Notes under the pieces: generated by a model
What the model was told of the DNA's origin: nothing
Databases searched by the model: none
What the model saw: the letters and a program-made list of their open reading frames with translations, nothing else
In this document: in pieces, positions 52,392-64,000 of the stretch
Layout of the letters: every line of letters begins with the position of its first letter
How positions within the stretch are numbered: position 1 is the stretch's first letter
From: Ranitomeya imitator
Taxonomy: Eukaryota
Assembly (NCBI RefSeq): GCF_032444005.1
Contig: NC_091283.1
Coordinates: 33,108,001 to 33,172,000 of the forward strand
DNA length: 64,000 nucleotides
Direction of reading: 5' to 3'
Program-made: the position numbers and the translations under genes

Positions 52392-52694
52392 TTGTGATGA
52401 AGGAGTGTACTTGTTACTCCGGTTTTCCGAGCATGCTCGGGTGGTCTAGTATTTTGGGCGTGCTCTGAGATTGTTTGAGTCGCCGCAGCTGCATGATTTG
52501 TGGCTGCTTAACAGCCTGAATACATGTGGGGATTCCCTAACAAATAGGCAATCCCTGCATGTATTCAGGTTGTCTAGCAGCCGCAAATCATACAGCTGCG
52601 GGGACACAAACATAATCTAAGAGCACGCCCAAAATACTCGAACACCCGAGCATGCTCGTAAAACCCGAGTAACGAGCACACTCCCTCATCACTA
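52392..52694. mobile_element. hAT-type palindromic MITE
   Basis: Ends T(T)GTGATGA ... TCATCACTA, with an 8-bp duplication GTTGGCAT / TTTGGCAT. Confidence 0.8.
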
Positions 52695-52865
52695 TTTGGC
52701 ATACTTGACCACGTCTTTGTTATAAATCAGTAGAACCAACAAATATCTCTCCCAACCCCCCCTTAAGACATGCATACAATGGGGAGAGGGATGTTACCCA
52801 CTCCTAGAAACGTTTGGCATACGCATATCTCCTGGGTGAAAAAATGATCGGGTGTTGAAATTTAA

Positions 52866-53315
52866 AGGTACCGTCACACTCAGCGACGCTGCAGCGATAT
52901 AGACACGTTCCGACCTAAACTAGATCGCTGCAGCGTCGCTGTTTAGGTCACTGTAGAGACGTCAAACACAGCAACTCCAGAACGATGCAGGAGCGATGCA
53001 GTGACGTAACGGCGACTCACTTATCGTTCTCGCCGCTTGTTAGCTCCATGTCAAACAGCCGGAGTGTACCGATCCGACACACATCTAGGGGCCCTATGCT
53101 CGTTGCTGGCGTCGTTGCTTTTGATGTCAAACATGACGATACACGCCGACCTGGCAACGAAATAAAGTTCTGGACTTCTAGCTCCGACCAGCGATGGCAC
53201 AGCGGGATCCAGATCGCTGCTGTGCGTCAAACACAACGAGATCGCTATCCAGGACGCTGCAACGTCACGGATCGTTGTCATTCTCTTTGCAAAGTTGCTG
53301 AGTGTGACGGTACCG
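52866..53315. mobile_element. PIF/Harbinger-type MITE related to 25416-26173
   Basis: TAA/AGGTACCGTCACACTCAGC ... GCTGAGTGTGACGGTACCG/TAA. Confidence 0.88.
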
Positions 53316-54141
53316 TAACATCCATTTTTCCCTTAATATTTCTGTGACGGAGGGAAAAGAAGATGACGGGTTTGGTTGGTTGACTTGTCTTTATATGTTT
53401 TGTCTCAGTGTCGACTGATCACTTCCAATAAAAGTCTTCTGCCATTTTATGCCCAAAAGCAATTTGGGGCCAAAAAGTCTGTAGGATCACAGTCTTCTGA
53501 TCCAGATGATGATCACAGAAGGAAATTTCACTCCAACACAGCTGGCGTCAACTAGTGTTATCTTCATGCACCACAAAGTAAGTACATCAACAGCACAAAA
53601 TAAATCCTTGGTCGTTCGTCCACTTAATAAAGTCACTCATCCCTTTCATCTCAATACCACCGCACTTCGTCCATACCATTCCTTATGGTGAGGATGACTC
53701 CCTTGGCACAGTTTTTTTTCTTTACAAGGCTCATTACACAGTCTAAACCTGGATGGCAGGGGCGGATGTAATGTGTGTGTGCAGCCTTGGGAGAGGTTGC
53801 CCAATTAATTGATGCCATACAATTCACACTACATGTGTTGTTCAATTCCACGTGAAGCTACACAAGAGGGAAGGAGCACTCCCCATCCTCGGCACTCTGA
53901 CTGGGCTCAGTTCTTGCCAGTATTTTTCTTTTTAGCTGATCTAGGACTTAAACTCGGGACCTGTAATGTGGAGGACAGAAACTCTAACAGTGAGCCACAG
54001 ACTGCACTGTGGGATATGACAACAATTTCTGCCTAAAGATCTAAATGGTATTCTTTTTTTTTTATTGATGTATATGTATTGTTATATACATTTCTCTCTA
54101 TATACCAGTACATTGCAGATAAAGAAAAAACATTCTGTTAA

Positions 54142-54503
54142 AGGAATTATTCGGGACTTTGTTTTATTTTTTTTTCCCTGTGAGGCTAAGAAATCACAGG
54201 TAGCTTGTTGCTGCGCTGATCACTAAGCTCAGGCGGCAATTCTCCTGCTTTCTTTGACATCATGTTAACAGAGCAGTTATCCCTCTTCCACTGCGCTCTG
54301 TCGATGGGACGTCACATTGATTGACTGGTGGCTCTCCGCACTTAGGTAGCAGGGAGCCAGACATCGACGGAGCAGAATGGAACATCACACCAAGGAGGAG
54401 AATCACCGGCAGGAGAGGTCCTTGACTGCTCCGAGCCAGGAAAACCTCAAACAGGTAGTTATCCTCGAAGGGAGAAAAAAAACAAAAGTCACGGATAACT
54501 CCT
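54142..54503. mobile_element. Kolobok/T2-type MITE
   Basis: TTAA/AGGAATTATTCGGGACTTT ... AAAGTCACGGATAACTCCT followed by TTTAA. Confidence 0.7.
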
Positions 54504-56114
54504 TTTAAAGTTACTAAAAAATAACGGTGCAAAAAACAATTATGTTTCTGAGCCAAGTTAATGTAGAATTAACAAAAAAAAGTATGATGAGCAAAGGGTT
54601 CTACTGTCACCAGACTAACGTGTGAGATTTTTATCTGTAGGGTAACAGGGATTGGAGGGTTCATGAGACTAATGACCTGAATATGCAGCGTGTTGTGTTG
54701 AAAAAGATGTTCCTGAGTATGAAAGACAGGCACAACTCTGCATTCCCGTTGGCAGAAATCACTTAGGTCATCTCCTGGCTGTCAATCAGCCTAAATGGTG
54801 AATCAATCAAAATATGCCCTGAAATACGCAATGGTTTCTTCCATGATGTTCTCGGTAGTTAAATCATTTGGGATAAACATTCTAGAGCCGTTACTGATGT
54901 CCTATGAGGTTGGTCATACTGCTCGGCAGGGTGATTCAGACATGGTGGCCGGTTATACTCATGTACCACACATATAGTAGGGGATGAGTGTCCTTGGACA
55001 TTATAAAGAATTTTAGACATTATTAGAATGAGTTGTGCAATTCATAAAGTCTCGCGTATGTTCATTTCGTCTCTTTTATTGCTTTTCATTGACAAACGCC
55101 CACTTGTAAAATATTCTAAATATAGTGTGAGGAAATTACAGTCATGATGAATGGTAAAGTATCCTGTAGGTAATTAGCCCGGTGACTAAGGAGATGCGGG
55201 CCGCGGTGGACAATAGTCATCCTGGGTCTCCGAGCATGAAATAATGGATCTGTCTTCATACCGTGCTATGAGAGAGAATCATACTGAGTTACAGAAGATG
55301 AGAAATCTAATTACGTGTTAGAAATGGGAAAAAGCCAAAAGCTGATGGAGATCCCGAGATGATGCTGCTCAAAGAAACTTAGAATCACGGCATGAATATC
55401 AAACTTTTCAGATCAGGATGCAGCAGCGATTGTGATCAGTGTCGCCTTCACAGGGGAAAATGTGACAACAGGTGCAGTGGAGAGGAAGGAACAGCAAGAT
55501 GCCCTCCAAAAAGAGAATGGTTTAGATTTTGGCCAAACATTGTAATATTTTGTGACCGATTCTTCTCTAGCTTTGCATTTTGCTTGTGAGCACTCGCAGC
55601 TTGCATTCCTGTCCAGCTCATCCAGGATGGTGCATCCATACGTGCCATCACAGGAAGGTTTGTTGTGTTTCCCAGGACAGTCTCGAGAGCATGGAACAAA
55701 TGCCAGGACATGAGGAGAGCCAGCAGAGCTGTAGAAGGTCATCAACCCAACCTCAGGACCAGTATCTGCTCCTGTGTGCGAGGAGGACCACTGCCAGAGC
55801 TCTACAACATGCCCTCTAAAGGCTAATGGCGTGTGTGATGAAACTGTCAGAAACACAAGCCTTGAGGGCCCAATGTCGTGAAGTGGGACCTGGGGTCACA
55901 CCCAGCAACAGGCAGCTCAACTGTCCATCACCAGAGAATACAATATTGAGTGGGGCATCATTTTGAAATGTTGTTGGATCCTTGTGATATTTTAGGGCTA
56001 GTCCTCTCACCCTAAAGTGAGAAAGTTGGTTCTCAAAACTCACCAACTCAGCTACAACATCAGCTTTTTCCCACAAATGGTGTATAGTGCAGATAAATCA
56101 TTATATGGCACCAC

Positions 56115-56222
56115 CACGGCTGTGGAGTCGGAGCCCATTTTGGTGGAGTCAGAGTCGGTGTCATGGAAATTGAGGAGTTGGAGTCGAAGTTGGAGGTTTG
56201 GCTTACCGACTCCACAGCCCTG
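56115..56222. mobile_element. Short hAT-type MITE
   Basis: TIR CACGGCTGTGGAGTCGG / CCGACTCCACAGCCCTG, with flanks GGCACCAC / CTCACCAC. Confidence 0.7.
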
Positions 56223-57749
56223 CTCACCACCTCTACTGTAGGTAGGAAACTGCTCACAGGAGATTGCTGGTGGCCATCTTCACCCTTCTGCCCATCCGGT
56301 GTCTGCTTCTCGGGCTCATACAGCAGTTTTCTTATTCACTGCCTGGGCTCCGTTCCGCTGAGTGAACCACGTGCAGACCACCCAGTAGTGTGATGCAAAA
56401 TGTCTTTAATTCCAAATATTCACAAAGTCATCAGTAAAATAGCAATTCTAACATAAAAAGATTCAGTGTTACTCTGATCACATACACAGCTTGACCATTT
56501 GTTTCCCAGCTTCTTCTGGGAAATAATACATCATGACCCAGAAGAAGCTGTTGAAAGCAAAACCCAATGCGAGACAGTGATCAGTGCGCCAATGAATTCC
56601 ATTATTGAACATACTTTTTTAATTATTTCTTTGTCGCAGATGAGAGCAGGTACTCACGTGTGACAGGCGTGATCGTGTCTGGAGACGATACAGTGAACGT
56701 TGTATTGCCCGCAGCATCATCCAGTGCAGATCAGGCAGTAGGTCAGTGATAGTTTAGAGCGGCATACACTACCGTTCCAAAGTTTAGGGTCACCCAGACA
56801 ATTTTGTGTTTTCCATGAAAACTCAATACTTTTATTAATCAAATGAATTGAAAATCTAGTCCAGACATTGACAAGGTTCGAAAAAAAGATTTTTATTTGA
56901 AATAATAATTTTCTCCTTCAAACTTTGCTTTCGTCAAAGAATGCTCCCTTTGCAGCAATTCCAGCACTGCAGACCTTTGGCATTCTAGCAGTTAGTTTGC
57001 GGAGGTAATCTGGAGAAATGTCACCCCATGCTTCCAGAAGCCCCTCCACAAGTTGGTTTGGCTTGATGGGCACTTTTTTGGCACCATACAGTCAAGCTGC
57101 TCCCACAACAGCTCAATGGGGCTGAGATCTGGTGACTGCGCTGGCCACTCCATTACAGATAGATACCAGCTGCCGGCTTCTTCCCTAAATAGTTCTTGCA
57201 TAATTTGGACGTGTGCTTTGGGTCATTGTCCTGTTGTAGGATGAAATTGGCTCCAATCAAGCGCTGTCCACAGGGTATGGCATGGCGTTCCACAATGGAG
57301 TGATAGCCTTCCTTATTCAATATCCCTTTTACCTTGTTCAAATCTCCCACTTTACCAGCACCAAAGCAACCCCAGACCATCACATGACCTCCACCATTCT
57401 TGACAGATGGCGTCAGACACTCTTCCAGCATCTTTTCAGTTGTTCTGTGTCTCACAAATGTTCTTCTGTGGGATCCAAACACCTCAAACTTGGATTCATC
57501 TGTCCATAACACTTTTTTCCAATCTTCCTCTGTCCAATGTCTTTTTTCTTTTGCTCATATTAATCTTTTCCTTTTATTAGCCAGTCTCAGATAAGGCTTT
57601 TTCTTTGCCACTCTGCCCTGAAGGCCGGCATCCCGGAGTCGCCTCTTCGCTGTAGACGTTGACACTGGCATTTTGCGTGTACTATTTAATGAAGCTGCCA
57701 GTTGAGGACCTGTGAGGCGTCGATTTCTCAAACTACAGACCCTAATGTA

Positions 57750-59493
57750 AATACCAATTAAGACAAACAATACACAGGGTGAACCAAATTACACCCTATG
57801 CCCATCAGGGGATATATATATTATATCGGCCCCGCACAATACCAATACAAATAACCTACAATAAACTTGCACAGAGACCTCATCATACAAAAAATGGATA
57901 TGTTTTATTAAACCACATAACAAGAAAAATATTTAAAACACAGTTGTGATGGCAAATAATACTACATAAAAACACCCCAGACCAGAGGCAAGCATGTTAC
58001 CTCCCAAATAACCAGCCGCCAAGAAAATATAAGTGGCTCATGAAAGGGAAATCTCATATGCCTAAACGGCACAATCACTGTGTATCTAAACGGCACAAAT
58101 ACCGTATGACCATATGACCCCAAACTATATTCCACTCTGGCAGCATAAGAACCAAGTATTCAAATAGCACTGGTACTATACCTCCGGTCTGATGGTGCCA
58201 CCCCTACGCGCGTTTCGGTCCGTGTGCCTTCTTCCGGGGGAGTGGCATCATCAGATCCAGCATGCCCTAAAATACCCCAGCTGACCAATCACTATGCAAC
58301 ATATGTTTGCGTCCTAGGATCGCCGCCATGTAGCGGCGCGTGCGCAGATCACCCCATCAGGGTCCGAGTCATCACCAGCGTCATCGGGCAACCCCGCCCA
58401 CGGGAACGCCCAAAGACGGTCACGTGAGCGCCAGCCCGACTGAGACGCCGGCAACGACGCACAACCCCAAGGAGAGAACACGCACGCGCACAGGGGGAGA
58501 TCCCAGACGCACCAAGCCACTAACAAAAAGGTAAGTTTTTCCCCAACAACTACATACATCATACGAAAACATCAATAAGCATGGTGAAAAACATTGAGAA
58601 TATTATAGTGAACAATATATCACGTCTAAAACATGAAATACATATATGGGAATTACAAAAAATATATACAATATTTCATAAACAATAATTATTATTGTAC
58701 TCCTATCTAGTGAAAAAGTGCAAAGTGCAACAATTATCCCTATAATAAACATAAGTATAAACAAAAAAACAATCAGACAATATGTAATAAAGTGCAATAT
58801 ACAAGAACATGCTCAAAAATGATGTCCAAATGGACACAATACATGTATAAATATGACATTATATTCATTAATCACAATAAATATACAGTACAATAAAGTG
58901 CAAAAATGCTTGAACATGCTCATAGATGATGTCCATGCTCTCTATACTCTCAACCATCCATCCAAGAATTCAATTACGGGGAATGCAACTTGGTGGCTGT
59001 AAGTTTGAAAGAACAAAAATTAAAATCAGCATCCATATTATAAAAACAAGAAACCAATGAAACCAACATAAAAAACGACCATATTAAAGAAAAGGTGCAA
59101 AACTCAGGGTCTCATTTAACCCCTCTGGTTTAAGAGTCCGTAATTCCCATATCCATCGGGACTCTTTTTGAGCTAGATTACGACTCACATTACCCCTTCT
59201 TGGGCTTACAGGAATGCAATCAATACCCTTCACACGAAACTGGGAGGGATCACAGGCATGGTGCTGTTTAAAATGTCTGGGAACACTTTTAAGTAAATCC
59301 AAATTCTCTTCTTCTTTGGCAGCCAGGATATCCCTAACGTGCTCCCTTACACGCACTTTTAACGCCCTTGTAGTCAGGCCTACATAAATTTTTGGGCAAG
59401 TGCAGTAAGCATAGTAAACCACTGCACTTGTAGTGCAAGTTATCGTATGCGTGATTCTAAACTTGCGTCCATCCGATGACACAAAATCCGTTG
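57750..59493 (-). mobile_element. 5'-truncated Penelope-like retroelement (GIY-YIG endonuclease plus 3' pseudo-LTR)
   Basis: 59482-59084 encodes ...ITCTTSAVVYYAYCTCPKIYVGLTTRALKVRVREH...KESRWIWELRTLKPEGLNE, the GIY-YIG C-terminus typical of PLEs. The Tc1 sequence is continuous across the insertion. Confidence 0.9.
58188..58255 (-). ncRNA. Minimal type I hammerhead ribozyme fold (variant core) in the Penelope pseudo-LTR
   Basis: The minus strand reads UCUGAUGAUGCCACUCCCC-CGGAAGA-AGGCACACGGACC-GAAA-CGCGCG-UA-GGGGUGGCACCAUCAGA. It has a long stem I, a palindromic short stem III and a GUA triplet, but U4 of CUGANGA is replaced by G. Confidence 0.72.
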
Positions 59494-60164
59494 CTTGTCT
59501 TGTTGCTCAGTTGTGCAGCGGAGCCTCCCACTTCTCCTTCCACTCTGGTTAGAGCCTGTTTGAGCTCTCCTCTGAAGGGCGTAGTACACACCGTTGTAGG
59601 AAATCTTCAGTTTCTTGGCAATTTCTCACATGGAATAGCCTTCATTTCTAAGAACAATAATAGATTGTCGAGTTTCACATGAAAGTTCTTTTTTTCTGGC
59701 CATTTTGAGAGTTTGATGGAACCAACAAATGTAATGCTCCAGATTCTCAACTAGCTCAAAGGAAGGTCAGGTTTATAGGTTCGCTAATCAGCCAAACTGT
59801 TTTCAGCTGTGCTAACATACTTGCACAAGGGTTTTCAAGGGTATTCTAACCATCCATTAGCCTTCTTACACAGTTAGCAAACACAAAGTACCATAAGAAC
59901 ACTGGAGTGATGGTTGTTGGAAATGGGCCTCTATACACCTATGAAGATATTGCATTACAAACCAGATGTTTGCAGCTAGAATAGTCATTTACCACATTAA
60001 CAATGTATAGAGTGTATTTCTGAATCATTTAATGTTAGCTTCATTGGAAAAAAAACTGTGCTTTTCTTTCAAAAGTAAGGAAATTTCTAAGTGACCCTAA
60101 ACTTTTGAACGGTAGTATATACTTGGAAGGGTATCCATTGTAAGATATTAAGGACATAACGGTC

Positions 60165-60355
60165 ATACACTACAGATCACATTATGGGATGTTAGACACA
60201 TGGGGTCATACACTACTGATCACATTATAGGATGTCAGGTTACATACAGACACGTGGAGTCATACTCTACCGATCACATTATGGGATGTCAGGATACATG
60301 CAGACACGTGGGGTCATACACTACCAATCACATTATGGGCATTATGGGATGTCAG
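60165..60355. repeat. Short diverged tandem repeat, about four copies
   Basis: CACATTATGGGATGT...GGGTCATACACTAC recurs. Confidence 0.75.
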
Positions 60356-60470
60356 TGGCTAAGCATGAGTTTTGACACAGAATATTTTAGCTTATGATAA
60401 AAATCCAGAGTAAAAATATTCTGGTGGGTCTGGACCTGAACTGAATGGCTTCTGTGTATAATCATAATCA

Positions 60471-62178
60471 TCTATATATATAATTGTCTATGGTCCACTT
60501 CCGTCTATCTGTCTGTCTGTTTCTCTGTCAGGGAAATCGCGCGTCGCTGATTGGTCGCAGCCAGCTGGGCAGAACCAATCAGCGACAGGCACAGTCCGGC
60601 CTCGAATTGGCCCCTCACTATACCCCTCCAGTCATTGCCCCCTCCATACTCCACTTCACTCAGCGCCCAAATAGTGCTTTAGCAGTCCGTTAAAGCTGCT
60701 ATTAACCCTGTGCGACCAACTTTTTACTATTGATGCTGCCTATGGAGCATCAATAGTAAAAACATATAATGTTAAAAATAATAATAATAAAAAAAATAAT
60801 TATATTCTCACCTTCCGGCTTCCGCGCAGCCTTTCCCGCTCCTCACGACGCTCCAGTCCCAAGAATGCATTGCAGCAATAACTCCAGATGACGTAGCAGT
60901 CTCGCGAGACCGCTACATCATCACGGGTTATTGCCGCAAGGCATTACTGGGAACGGAGCATCGCGAGGAGCATCGATAAAGGCCTGGGCTGGATCCGGGG
61001 GCCGCCGAAAGGTGAGTATATAACTTTTTTATTTTAATTTTTTTAAAACAGGGATGTGGTGTTCACATTGCTATATACTACATGGCCTGTGTTATATACT
61101 GCGTGGGCTGTGTTATATACTGCTTGGGCTGTGTTATATACTGCGTGGGCTGTGTTATATACTACGTGGCTTTGCAAAATACTACGTGGCTGTGCAATAT
61201 ACTAAGTGGCTGTGCAATATACTATGTGGCTGTGCAATATACTATGTGGCTGTGCAATATACTATGTGGCTGTGCTATATACTACGTGGCTGTGCAATAT
61301 ACTACGTGGCTGTGCAATATACTACATGGCTGTGCAATATACTATGTGGCTGTGCTATATACTACGTGGCTGTGCAATATACTACGTGGCTGTGCTATAT
61401 ACTACGTGACTAGGCAATATACTACGTGACTGGGCAATATACTACGTGGCTGGGCAATATACTACGCGACTGGGCAATATACTACGTGGCTGGGCAATAT
61501 ACTACGTGGCTGTGCAATATACTATGTGGCTGTGCAATATACTACGTGGCTGTGCTATATACTACGTGGCTGTGCAATATACTACGTGGCTGTGCTATAT
61601 ACTACGTGGCTGTGCAATATACTATGTGGCTGTGCTATATACTATGTGGCTGTGCAATATACTACGTGGCTGTGCTATATACTACATGGCTGTGTTATAT
61701 ACTATGTGGGCTGTGCTATATACTACGTGGCCTGTGTTATATACTGCGTGGGCTGTGCTATATAGTACATGGCTGTGCAATATACTACGTGGCTGTGCAA
61801 TATACTATGTGGCTGCGCTATATACTATGTGGCTGTGCAATATGCTACGTGGCTGTGCTATATGCTACGTGGGCTGTGTTATATGCTACGTGGGTTGTGT
61901 TATATGCTACAGAGGCTGTGAGACTCTTTCACCCGAGGCCTTCAAAAACCTGGAGCCGACCCTGGCTTCACTGATTGGTCACGCCTGGCCGGCCGCGAAC
62001 ACTAAGCGACAGACGCAGTCCGGCCGCAAATTGGCGCGGGATTTGAACCACGCTTCGCTAATTGGTCACGCCTGGCCGGCCGACTCCTGTGTATTCATTG
62101 CATTATTCTGAAACTTCATAAATAAACTACATACATATTCTAGAACACCCAATGCTTTAGAATTGGGCCACCATCTAG
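60471..62178 (+). mobile_element. Non-autonomous Helitron with an internal 20-21-bp minisatellite (61060-61910)
   Basis: It is inserted as A/TC...CTAG/T with no target duplication, and has a subterminal hairpin CCCAAT-gctttaga-ATTGGG at 62148-62167. The internal repeat is (ATATACTACGTGGCTGTGCA)n. Confidence 0.85.
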
Positions 62179-62239
62179 TAAATAAATAAATGAATAAAGC
62201 CTTGCAAATTAGTTGATGCTTGATGATTAGTTGATAAAT

Positions 62240-62557
62240 CAGGGGTGGAGAATCTTTTTTTCTGCCAAGGGCCATTTGGATATTTATACCATCCTTCGGG
62301 GCCGTACAAACTTCGCCCACAAAGTAAATCCTGACTCTGGCACTGGTTTCAGGACGTGATCTTTCATTGCATGCCCTTCAGTGTTCAGTAGTGAACACTG
62401 TGTGTGTGTGCTAACAAAGCAAGAAGAAATTAATGAGCTTGTGGCAATCAAAATACAGCTCCTTGCCCAAGAATGCGGTCCCTGAGAATCTGCTCGGGGG
62501 CCTGATAAAAGGTCGAGGGCAATAAATGGCCCTGGGGCCTGAGGTTCCCCACCCCTG
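62240..62557. mobile_element. hAT-type MITE
   Basis: TIR CAGGGGTGG(A/G)GAA / TTCCCCACCCCTG. The target duplication is poorly preserved. Confidence 0.65.
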
Positions 62558-63299
62558 CACTAAGTGCTTCCCACTGTTTCCTTACGCCCCAGCTGTGGAG
62601 AACACCATGTTCACTAGCAGTATACATGTGTATATGAACATAGAGGATTAGGTGCATTCATGATATAGGATTTCCCGCGCTGTCATGTCCCCCTCCCCCA
62701 CAGGTAATGCATCTACTTACATCACAGACTGTGACAGATCTGACAGTGAATATACTGTGCATTAGTCACAAAGGTGTCAGGACCTCACCAGTGTCAGAGG
62801 ATCAGGTGGGTGGAGAACGTGGGAACCTTATTACTTAGGAATCTGGTGAACGTCACCTGGAGATTATACGGTTACGCGCACACAGGGTAATTTGAGGTTT
62901 TTGAGCAGAAATTGAACATAAACTCTCCAAATTGTCATAAAAAATAAAAAAACGCATAATAAAAACACGTCACCACTTGTACATTTATCACCCACTCCTG
63001 GTTTTGGCTTCCAAATACTGATGTAAAATACCGACCAAATACTGACCGTGTGCACGTGGCCTTAGATATTGTCATGTTGCTTCTTTTTCCAAGTGGGAAA
63101 AAAAAGCTGCGTGGAAGAAAGCAGCATTATTTGGTCTATGGACACTTAGTTTCCAGTGAAATAAGTAGGAGTTTTTCAAACAATATTTGAAGCAATTTTA
63201 ATGCAGATTTTGGAGCAGAATCTGTTTCAAACTCTTTGCAAACAAACCCTGAGATCTGAAAACCTTGTCAAACACAACACGGGTTACTGAAGTTGATTT

Positions 63300-63850
63300 C
63301 TCTTGATCACCATTTCTTGTTAGGAAGTTAAAAAAAAGTTAAAAGTTGACCAGAGATTTCTAATTTTTCCAACAAAGTTTTTCAGGGCCACCTCTCATTT
63401 GAAGTGACTTTGGGGGGCCTCAATGACAGTAAATATCCAAAATTGACACTGTTCTAAAAACTACACCCCTCAAGGTGCTCCAAACCAACTTCAAGAAGTT
63501 TATTAACTTCAGGTGCTTCGCAGGAATTTTTGCAACATGGAAGGAAAAAATGAGCTTTTAACTTTTTTTTTCTCTCAAAAATTTTACTTTAGACCCAAAT
63601 GTTTTTATTTTCACAAGGGTAACAGGAAAAAAAATGGACCCCAAAGCTTGTTTTGCTATTTCTCCTGAGTATGCTGATACCCCATATGTGAGAGAAAACT
63701 ACTATTTGGGAGCACGGCAGGCCTTGGAAGGGAAGAAGCACCGTTTGATTTTTTTAACGCAAAATTGGCCGAAATTGAGAGCGGATGCCATGTTGCATTT
63801 GGAGAGCCCCTGATGTGCCTAAACAGTGGGAACCCCCCCACAAGTGACCC
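63300..63850 (-). mobile_element. Fragment of the same family as 41554-45452, opposite orientation
   Basis: CTCCTGAGTATGCTGATACCCCATATG and GGAGAGCCCCTGATGTGCCTAAACAGTGG are reverse complements of motifs at 43420-44800. Confidence 0.8.
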
Positions 63851-64000
63851 CAGACGAGCGGTGGACTCCGTGTCTCAGTGGACTTCTCCTATATCCAGGC
63901 GGTTCCCCTCCAGCTCCTGTCCTTATGCTGGCCGCCCTCTCTGGCATTACCTTCTACTACATACATTTCCCACACAAGTTCTATTTATAGTCTCTGTGTA

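Larger units (their letters stand above)
56767..60117 (-). mobile_element. Tc1 transposon (degenerate DD34E transposase) interrupted by a Penelope insertion
   Basis: TA/CACTACCGTTCCAAAGTTTAGGGTCAC ... GTGACCCTAAACTTTTGAACGGTAGTA/TA. The ATG at 59703 gives MARKKELSCETRQSIIVLRNEGYS. Catalytic motifs: WTDESKF, VKNGGGHVMVWGCF, QQDNDPKHTS, WPAQSPDLSPIE. Stops and frameshifts are present. Confidence 0.95.

Noticed and set aside
55392-56076. Cys-rich short ORFs on both strands
   Set aside because: No recognisable domain or convincing splice sites. Possibly an old repeat remnant, but this cannot be supported.
61054-61974. CAIYYVAVQYTTWL repeat ORFs
   Set aside because: They are translations of the 20-bp array inside the Helitron derivative.

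Overview
Repeat-rich vertebrate genomic DNA, most likely from a frog (inferred from the transposon families; not provable here), with a 182-N assembly gap at 43068-43249. Most long ORFs in the six-frame track are artefacts of tandem repeats. Two spliced genes can be built by hand. (1) Mitochondrial valyl-tRNA synthetase VARS2 on + (10023-29451; 29 coding exons, 1029 aa, all GT-AG and in phase). (2) Convergent with it on -, a four-exon gene that the ORF track only shows in fragments (50852 to 33893; 407 aa). It encodes a signal peptide followed by about ten Phe-anchored Gly/Ser loop repeats, and has a TATA box and an AP-1 site. It lies where mammals have SFTA2/C6orf15/CDSN downstream of VARS2 in the MHC class I region, so it is a candidate amphibian corneodesmosin-like or novel secreted skin protein. 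The window also holds a decayed C2H2 zinc-finger segment, many minisatellites and nested mobile elements: an L2 LINE with a 2A-like motif split by a piggyBac-like element, a Tc1 split by a Penelope element carrying a hammerhead ribozyme fold, a non-autonomous Helitron and several MITEs.
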